Positions 25,305 through 32,000 of a stretch of 32,000 bases of DNA are shown here, piece by piece. Position 1 is the stretch's first letter. Every line of letters begins with the position of its first letter. This DNA is from Nostoc punctiforme PCC 73102. Lineage in GTDB: Bacteria; Cyanobacteriota; Cyanobacteriia; Cyanobacteriales; Nostocaceae. The DNA is taken from NCBI RefSeq assembly GCF_000020025.1, contig NC_010628.1, forward strand, positions 5,610,001 through 5,642,000, given 5' to 3'. The notes beneath the pieces are model-generated. The model was not told the origin of the DNA. It was given only the letters and a program-made list of their open reading frames with translations, and ran no database searches. The position numbers and the translations under genes are program-made.

Positions 25305-26634
25305 TATTTCCCTTAAGAATGTCTCGAAGTGTTTCAAACGGTATAGCCGACCTGTAGATAGGCTAAAAGAAGTTTTGCTACCTGGTAAGAGTAGAACAGA
25401 TGAATTTTGGGCACTTCGGGATATCAACATTGAGATTCCCAAAGGACAAACAGTTGGAATCGTTGGACGCAACGGTTCTGGAAAAAGTACATTGCTACAA
25501 ATTATAGTGGGAACCCTCACACCATCCAGTGGTGATGTGCGAGTCGTAGGTCGAGTTTCTGCTTTATTAGAATTAGGAAGTGGTTTTAACCCAGAGTTTA
25601 CTGGCAGGCAAAATGTCTTTTTTAACGGACAATTGCTAGGATTAAGTCAAAAACAAATCGAAGACAGATTTGATGATATTGTCGCTTTTGCCGATATCGG
25701 CGATTTCATCGAGCAACCTGTTAAAACTTATTCTAGTGGGATGTATGTCCGCTTGGCATTTTCTGTTGCAGTCAATGTCGATCCAGAGATTTTAATTGTT
25801 GACGAAGCACTTGCTGTTGGAGATGTTGTATTTCAACATCGTTGTATGCGGCGAATGCGTGCAATGATGGATTCTGGAGTTACAACATTATTTGTTTCCC
25901 ACGATTCAGGTGCCATCAAAACATTGTGTAATTCAGCCGTGATGATTCATGACGGAAAAATACATACGACAGGATTGCCTAATACCGTTATAATTGAATA
26001 TTTAAAATTAGTTACAGAACTTGAATTAGGTTTAGCACAAGATATTACAGTTAACTCCCAACAGCAAGTAAATCCTGTTGTAGATAACGCAATACAAGCT
26101 TCAGATTCTCCAAATTTTGATATTGAATCTCCGAGTTCCAATTTCAGCAAGGCAACACGCAGAGGAAGTGGAAAAGCCAGAATCGAAAGCGTAAAAATCC
26201 TGAATCAATTAGGTCATTATGCTGGCGAAAGTCCAATCTTTGCATTTAATGAAGAAGTAACATTAATTGTAAATTTAAAAGTTTATTACACCATCAAAAG
26301 TTGTATTGTTGGCTTTCATGTATGTGACAAAAATGGTAATGAGGTAATTGGTAGCAATACTTTAGAAGAAAATATCAAAATAGATAAATTAGAATCAGGG
26401 GAAGAAATAGAAATTAAGTTTAAATTTAATTTACCTCTTCGACCTAGTTCTTATAGCTTAACAGTTGCTGGGGCTGAAAGCTATGAATCTCTTAGCTTTG
26501 ACTGGATTGATAATATAATGGTTTTTCAAATTTTACCCCCAGACACTGGAAAGCTCATTCATGCTTTAGTCCATCAACCGATGGTTGTTAAAGTAAACAA
26601 AAAAGTTTTACCAACTGTAGTGACACCAGCTTAA
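25288..26634 (+). CDS. wzt: Polysaccharide ABC exporter ATP-binding protein (Wzt/TagH-like) with a C-terminal glycan-binding-type extension
   Basis: ATG 25288 (MGEEIAISLKNVSK) is preferred over the tracked TTG 25267. It has Walker A GRNGSGKST, the signature YSSGMYVRL, and Walker B ILIVDEAL. An extra ~150-aa beta-rich C-terminal domain (ARIESVKILN...FDWIDNIMVFQI) sits where Wzt carries its O-PS cap-binding domain. Confidence 0.85.
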   Translation: MGEEIAISLKNVSKCFKRYSRPVDRLKEVLLPGKSRTDEFWALRDINIEIPKGQTVGIVGRNGSGKSTLLQIIVGTLTPSSGDVRVVGRVSALLELGSGFNPEFTGRQNVFFNGQLLGLSQKQIEDRFDDIVAFADIGDFIEQPVKTYSSGMYVRLAFSVAVNVDPEILIVDEALAVGDVVFQHRCMRRMRAMMDSGVTTLFVSHDSGAIKTLCNSAVMIHDGKIHTTGLPNTVIIEYLKLVTELELGLAQDITVNSQQQVNPVVDNAIQASDSPNFDIESPSSNFSKATRRGSGKARIESVKILNQLGHYAGESPIFAFNEEVTLIVNLKVYYTIKSCIVGFHVCDKNGNEVIGSNTLEENIKIDKLESGEEIEIKFKFNLPLRPSSYSLTVAGAESYESLSFDWIDNIMVFQILPPDTGKLIHALVHQPMVVKVNKKVLPTVVTPA

Positions 26635-26662
26635 TTAATACACATATTAAAGTTAGATTATT

Positions 26663-29600
26663 ATGAATAAAGATTGGTCAAAAGATTATCCATCGGCTGA
26701 AAATCTTACAGAAGAAGGTTTGGGGGAAAACCACGTTTTGAGGAAAATGCTAAACCTCATTGGAGACAATCAGCGAGTAGTAGACTTTGGGTGTGCGACT
26801 GGTTACTTTGCTCAGTTACTTAGTAGAAAAGGCTGTATTGTCACAGGAGTAGAGATAAATCCAGATGCTGCTAAAGTTGCCGAAGAGTACTGTAAAGAGG
26901 TAATAGTTGCCGACTTGGATTTTGTTTCTGTTACAGAAATATTGCCTAGCCAGGAGTTCGATGTTGCAGTGTTTGGAGATGTTTTGGAACATCTGCGAAA
27001 CCCTTGGAGAATTTTGGAAGAAACCAAGCAGATATTAAAAAAAGATGGATATGTAGTTGCTTCTATTCCAAATATTGCTCACGGTGCAATTCGCTTATCT
27101 TTACTACAAGGTAAATTTGAATATACAGAATTAGGGATTTTAGATAATACTCATCTGAGGTTTTTTACCAGAAAAACGGTTGAGGAGTTATTTGAAATAC
27201 CAGGATATTTAGTAAATATTGCCGATCGGACAAAACTAGAAGTTTTTTCAGAGAGTTCTTTGATACCTCAAAATAAGAGAGAACAATTCGACAGTAATAC
27301 TATTAAACAAATTGAAGAAGATAAAGATGCTGACACTTTACAGTTTATTATTCGGGCAGATCCTTGGACTATAGAAGGAGAATATGCTGCAATGAGCGAA
27401 GGCTTCTCTAAGCTGTTGGAAGAATCGGAGCAATTGAAATCTCAACTGCATTCAACACAAGCAGAACTGGATCAAGCCCAAGCTCAATTACAGGAGAATC
27501 AGCTTCAGTTGGAGCAATCGCAGTCTCATCTACAGCAAACCCAGACAGAATTGGAGCGATCGCAGTCTCATCTACAACAAACCCAGACAGAATTGGAGCG
27601 ATCGCAGTCTCATCTACAGCAAACCCAGACAGAATTGGAGCGATCGCAGTCTCATCTACAGCAAACCCAGACAGAATTGGAGCGATCGCAGTCTCATCTA
27701 CAGCAAACCCAGACAGAATTGGAGCGATCGCAGTCTCATCTACAGCAAACCCAGACAGAATTGGAGCGATCGCAGTCTAAATTAATATATGCTCAAACTT
27801 ATATTACCGCAATGCAAACCAGTAAATTCTGGAAGTTAAGGACAGCTTGGTTCAGAGTTAAGGGTTTCCTGAATTTGGCTCCCGCCTCAGAAATGTTTAC
27901 ACATAACAACGAGTTAAACATAGTTAATAAAACAGAAGATATCCTGAAAACTTCTAACTCTCTTCAAGAAGATTTATCCACTGATAACAGGTTAAAAATG
28001 TTTGCTTTTATTAGTGGGTGTCCGGGAGATTCTTATCGTTATCGATGTCATCATCAAGCGGAAATCCTAAAGTACCTTGGCTATACAGTTGATGTATATG
28101 AACCAATGGTATTTTTATACAATGAACTTATCACTAAATATAAAATAATTATTGCTCATCGAGTTCCCCATACTGACGAATTTGAACAGTTTGTTTTCAA
28201 TGCGGAAAAACTAGACATAAAAGTTATTTTTGATACTGACGACTTAGTGTTTGATCCATCCCGTATTTCTCAAATTCATGCTTGTACGCTAATGGATCAA
28301 CAAGAGAAGACACTATACGAAAATGGAGTAAAGCGATATCGTAAATCCATGTCTTTATGTGACTACATAACAGTAAGTACCAACAAACTCCAGCAAGAAA
28401 TAGAACAAAGTTTTCCTAATAAAGTTTCGATAATTTTACGCAACCGTATAAGTAATGAGATGGAACAAGGAGCAATCGAAGCTCGTAAGAGTTATGTTCC
28501 TAATGATGGGATGCTTCGGATTGCCTATTTTAGTGGTACTAAAACACATGTTAAAGATTTTGCAGAATGTGTTTTAGCCTTAAAAAGCATTCTCACAGAA
28601 TTTCCTTATGTCCGCCTCATGGTAGTTGGACATCTGGATATCCCAGAAGCATTACAGGAAGTTGCCTCACAAATAGAGTGTGTTCCATATATGCCTTGGA
28701 GAGATTTACCAAAATTGTACCGGAAAGTTGATATTAACCTTGCACCCTTGGAAAAAAATAATGACTTTACTGAATCAAAAAGTGAACTCAAATATTTTGA
28801 AGCAGCGCTTTTATCTGTCCCAACAATTGCTTCGGATACAAGTAGTTTTCGTTTCGCTATTCAAGATGGAGTTAATGGACTACTGTGTAATAATTTGGAT
28901 GAATGGAAAGATGCTCTGTATCAACTGGTAACTAACCAGAAGTTGAGACAGGAAATGGGGCATAAAGCCTTTGAAGATGTAAATTCTCGCTATTTGACAC
29001 GGATTGCAGCCTCAGAAAGTATGCAGAAGTGGAAATATTTATTGGGGGGAAGTTTATCACCCAATAAACCTCTTTCAATTGCTTTTATTCTGCGAGCGCC
29101 GATTGCTCAAACGGGTGGAGGCTATAAGCATATTTTTAATTTAGCTTATTATCTGGCAGCTAAAGAACACACTGTCAATATCTATATTGAACCAATTGCT
29201 CATCTAACCAATTTTACTACTGAACAAGTAAGAGATTTTTGCGAGGAGAATTTTGGGAAGAGTAATGCTATCATTCATTGTGGTCATGCTGGAATTTTAG
29301 AATCAGATATAGCGATCGCTACAAATTGGCCTACAGCTTATGTTGTTGAGCAACTAGTTAATACCCGATTCAAAGCATACTATGTTCAAGATTATGAACC
29401 TTACTTTTATAAATCTGAAGAGGCTAACTTTACTCAAGCAGAAGCCACTTATAATTTACCTTTAAATATAATTACTTTAGGCAAGTATTTGGCAGAGGTA
29501 TTGAGCCAAAGAAATAAAATTGACTATCCGTATGTAGATTTTCCTTTAGGTGAAGTATTTTTAGCTGAAAATCCTATTTTGGATCGTCATTTAAGTACAA

Positions 29601-30121
29601 CAAAACCTTGTTCAATACTATTTTTTGCTCGTCCTCATATCCCCAGGCGTAATTTTACTTTGGGAGTAGAATCATTAAATAAATTGTATCAGCACAATTC
29701 TGATGTGCAAATCAAGTTGTATGGACTGGAAGAAGATTTAGAACTTCCATTTCCTTACGAAAATTTGGGAGTTTTAACTCAAGCTGAAACAGCAGAAGCA
29801 ATGCGCTCATCTGATATACATCTATCTTTTTCTATGACAAATATAAGCACAGTTGTTTTTGAAGCAATGGCTTGTGGCTGTGCCACAGTCGAAGTGGATG
29901 TACCTCCAGTACGATCAATGGTTAAGGAAGGAACTTGTCTATTATGTGAACCTAATTCACAAGCTGTTTTTAATGCATTAATGGATCTCATAAATAATGC
30001 TGGAATGAGGCAAAATATTGCTACATCCGGCTATGAATCAGTGAAGGATCTAACGTTACAAAATATGTGTCTGAAATTTGAGAAAATTCTTATGGAATAT
30101 AGCTTTAGAGTTAAAAGTTGA
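26663..30121 (+). CDS. Multidomain glycan assembly protein: SAM methyltransferase, long coiled coil, amphipathic segment, GT-B glycosyltransferase, and a WsaF-like GT-B glycosyltransferase
   Basis: 1152 aa. The methyltransferase motifs are VVDFGCATGYF, FGDVLEHL and KKDGYVVASIPN. A Q/E/L-rich helix spans ~aa 236-385 and includes 6x SQSHLQQTQTELER. It is followed by MQTSKFWKLRTAWFRVKGF. The first GT module carries ESKSELKYFEAALLSVPTIAS, and the second carries FFARPHIPRRNF and VVFEAMACGCATVE. Confidence 0.85.
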   Translation: MNKDWSKDYPSAENLTEEGLGENHVLRKMLNLIGDNQRVVDFGCATGYFAQLLSRKGCIVTGVEINPDAAKVAEEYCKEVIVADLDFVSVTEILPSQEFDVAVFGDVLEHLRNPWRILEETKQILKKDGYVVASIPNIAHGAIRLSLLQGKFEYTELGILDNTHLRFFTRKTVEELFEIPGYLVNIADRTKLEVFSESSLIPQNKREQFDSNTIKQIEEDKDADTLQFIIRADPWTIEGEYAAMSEGFSKLLEESEQLKSQLHSTQAELDQAQAQLQENQLQLEQSQSHLQQTQTELERSQSHLQQTQTELERSQSHLQQTQTELERSQSHLQQTQTELERSQSHLQQTQTELERSQSHLQQTQTELERSQSKLIYAQTYITAMQTSKFWKLRTAWFRVKGFLNLAPASEMFTHNNELNIVNKTEDILKTSNSLQEDLSTDNRLKMFAFISGCPGDSYRYRCHHQAEILKYLGYTVDVYEPMVFLYNELITKYKIIIAHRVPHTDEFEQFVFNAEKLDIKVIFDTDDLVFDPSRISQIHACTLMDQQEKTLYENGVKRYRKSMSLCDYITVSTNKLQQEIEQSFPNKVSIILRNRISNEMEQGAIEARKSYVPNDGMLRIAYFSGTKTHVKDFAECVLALKSILTEFPYVRLMVVGHLDIPEALQEVASQIECVPYMPWRDLPKLYRKVDINLAPLEKNNDFTESKSELKYFEAALLSVPTIASDTSSFRFAIQDGVNGLLCNNLDEWKDALYQLVTNQKLRQEMGHKAFEDVNSRYLTRIAASESMQKWKYLLGGSLSPNKPLSIAFILRAPIAQTGGGYKHIFNLAYYLAAKEHTVNIYIEPIAHLTNFTTEQVRDFCEENFGKSNAIIHCGHAGILESDIAIATNWPTAYVVEQLVNTRFKAYYVQDYEPYFYKSEEANFTQAEATYNLPLNIITLGKYLAEVLSQRNKIDYPYVDFPLGEVFLAENPILDRHLSTTKPCSILFFARPHIPRRNFTLGVESLNKLYQHNSDVQIKLYGLEEDLELPFPYENLGVLTQAETAEAMRSSDIHLSFSMTNISTVVFEAMACGCATVEVDVPPVRSMVKEGTCLLCEPNSQAVFNALMDLINNAGMRQNIATSGYESVKDLTLQNMCLKFEKILMEYSFRVKS
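27518..27778 (+). repeat. Tandem 42-bp repeat, 6 full copies plus 9 bp, in frame within the coiled coil
   Basis: The units begin at 27518, 27560, 27602, 27644, 27686 and 27728. I see only one substitution (cag to caa in unit 2). Each unit encodes SQSHLQQTQTELER and contains one HIP1 site (gcgatcgc). Confidence 0.95.
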
Positions 30122-30185
30122 ATTAAGTATAAATAAAGAAGGAAGCTATTGATTTTAAGTTTAAAAGTTGGAGTCAGTAGAAAAG

Positions 30186-30920
30186 ATGATTACTAGAGTA
30201 GATTATCAGTTAAATCGCTTGCAATTTTTAAATAAATTAGTGAATTTAGAAAATGCAGAAGGTTTAGAAATAGGAGCTTGCGATTTACCAACTGTTACCA
30301 AAGAGGTTGGCAAATGTGAGTTTGCCGATTTTCGTTCATCGGAAGAAATGATTGCTCTTTGGAACCTTCCTGCTGAAACAGTAATGCCGATCAAATATAT
30401 TCTCCAAAGAGATATTAAAGTTCACCTTCAAATTCACAAAAAATTTGATTTTGTAATTCTCTGTCATGTAATTGAGCATATTCCTAATGTAATTAGCTAT
30501 ATTAAAGATTTACATAATTTGCTGAAACCAGGAGGACTCCTAATTATTGCCTGTCCAGATAAGAGAATAACTTTTGATGCTTCAAGACCCTCAACCACAA
30601 TAGAACACTTACTCGACGATTATTACAATAACTGTAATTATCCTTCATTAGAACATATCTTGGAATTTGGCAAAGTTATATCTGAAGATTTAAAGCAGAA
30701 AAGCATAAAATCACCTAAAGAGTTTTATAAATGGGGATGCGAAAATTTTGAATCTGGATTTGCAGATCCTCATTGCCACGTTTGGACAGATGAAGAGTTT
30801 TTCACTCAAATGGAATACTTGATCGATGGGGATATTATTGAAGGCTTGGAAATTGTTGATAAACAATACAATGATGGTGCTTATAATGAATTCCTTATCG
30901 CTTTCAAATCTTCTGAATGA
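30186..30920 (+). CDS. Class I SAM-dependent methyltransferase (stand-alone)
   Basis: ATG 30186 is preferred over the tracked TTG 30168. It has LEIGACDLP (motif I-like), FDFVILCHVIEHIPN, and LKPGGLLIIACPDK (post-II/III region). Confidence 0.7.
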   Translation: MITRVDYQLNRLQFLNKLVNLENAEGLEIGACDLPTVTKEVGKCEFADFRSSEEMIALWNLPAETVMPIKYILQRDIKVHLQIHKKFDFVILCHVIEHIPNVISYIKDLHNLLKPGGLLIIACPDKRITFDASRPSTTIEHLLDDYYNNCNYPSLEHILEFGKVISEDLKQKSIKSPKEFYKWGCENFESGFADPHCHVWTDEEFFTQMEYLIDGDIIEGLEIVDKQYNDGAYNEFLIAFKSSE

Positions 30921-31041
30921 ATCCAGATATAATCAGAGAAATATCAATTTATAATGAAAGTAGTTTGTTACATTATCAATTCATTCAATATGTCACAATC
31001 GCGTTCCCTATGCATCGGTTTACTGTATAAGTATTACGCAA

Positions 31042-31971
31042 ATGAAGTCTCAGTATAAGATAGCAGCTTATATAACTGCTTATGAAGATCCAAAAGCAGT
31101 TATGGATTGTCTTAATGCTATTGCTTGCCAATCCTCCTTTGCGATTGACAAGTTGCTGATATTAGATAACTCCACAAAAAAGCCTTTATTGCATCTCACA
31201 AATAAAGAAAATATTTTAATCAAGTTTCATCCAGAAAATATAGGAATTGCGGCAGGATTAACTTGGGCAATCAAATGGGCTATCGAACAAGAATATGACT
31301 TTTTATGGTCTTTTGATCAAGATAGTGTTCCGGCTGCAAACTGTCTAGAAATTTTGCTGAAAACTTATTATCAATTGTCTCAACAAGATAATTATAAAAT
31401 TGGCATTATTGCTCCTACTCCTTCTGATCCTAGAACGAGTAAGGTTATAGAAGGTGCAGTTTTTTTTAACGATCATTTTCTAGCGCTTAAACATAATAGT
31501 AGTGTTGATTTTTATGAATGTGATTCACCGATTACATCAGGATCTCTAATTTCATTAGCTGCCGCTAAAACCATTTCTCCTCCTTGTGTTGACTTATTTA
31601 TTGATGGTATTGACCTTGATTATGGATTGCGATTAAGGCAAAAGGGCTTTCATAACCTAATTGCTACTAAAGCTATTATGCACCACAATTTTGGTAGTCC
31701 TATTCAAGTAAAATTTATGAATAAATATCGCTACATCCAACAATATTCAGCTTTACGTTATTACTATATCTGTCGTAATCATAGTTATTTGGAAACTCGC
31801 TTTTCTCAAGGTTACTATCACTTCACTAGCTTAATGCGGCGAATAAAATATATGCTGCTTCAAATTCTTTTTATTATGCTATATGATTTAGAAGATAAAC
31901 AATTAAAAATATGGGCTTGTTTATTAGGGACTTATCGGGGCTTAATTGGAAATATTAGTAAAACTTGGTAA
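31042..31971 (+). CDS. Glycosyltransferase family 2 protein (rhamnosyltransferase-like)
   Basis: 309 aa. The N-terminal AAYITAYED...LDNSS-type region, the DQDS acidic motif (FDQDSVP) and IDGIDLDYGLR are typical of GT2 GT-A enzymes in O-antigen loci. Confidence 0.8.
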   Translation: MKSQYKIAAYITAYEDPKAVMDCLNAIACQSSFAIDKLLILDNSTKKPLLHLTNKENILIKFHPENIGIAAGLTWAIKWAIEQEYDFLWSFDQDSVPAANCLEILLKTYYQLSQQDNYKIGIIAPTPSDPRTSKVIEGAVFFNDHFLALKHNSSVDFYECDSPITSGSLISLAAAKTISPPCVDLFIDGIDLDYGLRLRQKGFHNLIATKAIMHHNFGSPIQVKFMNKYRYIQQYSALRYYYICRNHSYLETRFSQGYYHFTSLMRRIKYMLLQILFIMLYDLEDKQLKIWACLLGTYRGLIGNISKTW

Positions 31972-32000
31972 TTGATACTTCTATATGACAGACTGCAAGA

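Noticed and set aside
24158-25520. Tracked ORFs 24158-24451, 24426-24608, 24468-24695, 24761-24973, 24786-24989 and 25182-25520.
   Set aside because: They are alternative-frame or antisense ORFs within wzm and the wzt 5' end.
27518-27778. 42-bp tandem repeat considered as CRISPR-like or as a non-coding minisatellite.
   Set aside because: There are no spacers. The repeat is perfectly in frame inside a long ORF and encodes heptad-compatible helix, so it is a coding repeat.
25947-30394. Tracked ORFs 25947-26150, 26812-27027, 28606-28791, 28680-28931, 29779-29991 and 30206-30394.
   Set aside because: They are antisense or out of frame within wzt, the 1152-aa fusion gene or the methyltransferase gene.

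Overview
This is a chromosome segment of filamentous (Nostocales-like) cyanobacterial type. It has a very frequent HIP1 octamer GCGATCGC, many 7-nt STRR arrays, small dispersed hairpin repeats, and the photosynthesis genes chlG and btpA. Bases 1 to ~22.1 kb are mostly conserved housekeeping genes: nadB 3' end, a CHASE2-PAS-GGDEF sensor, a VKOR-thioredoxin fusion, btpA, rimO, a DEAD-box helicase, an aldo/keto reductase, a PucC-like MFS, an inositol monophosphatase, a Zn-ADH, chlG, an ArsA-like ATPase and a PetP-like gene. They are interrupted at ~11.6-14.9 kb by a decayed accessory islet holding a MITE-like element, an orphan HTH-antitoxin remnant and an Rpn/DUF4351-type gene. From ~22.3 kb to the window end lies an AT-richer ABC-transporter-dependent glycan-assembly locus. 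In order it contains a wzm 3' remnant, an acyltransferase with an in-frame TAG, a Uma2 remnant, intact wzm, wzt with a C-terminal extension, a 1152-aa methyltransferase/coiled-coil/double-glycosyltransferase fusion, a second methyltransferase and a GT2. Four observations stand out. (i) The 1152-aa protein looks like an all-in-one polymerase/ruler/terminator. (ii) Its coiled coil is built from six near-identical 42-bp (14-aa) tandem units, which suggests a length-tunable ruler. (iii) A duplicated wzm-3'/wzt-5' junction brackets a ~2.8 kb replacement and creates a chimeric acyltransferase start. (iv) A 78-aa secreted mini-protein ending in a Pro/Gly motif sits next to the CHASE2 diguanylate cyclase and may be a ligand/receptor pair. 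No tRNA, rRNA or CRISPR array was recognised. All calls come from reading the sequence and from memory of protein families; no searches were run.
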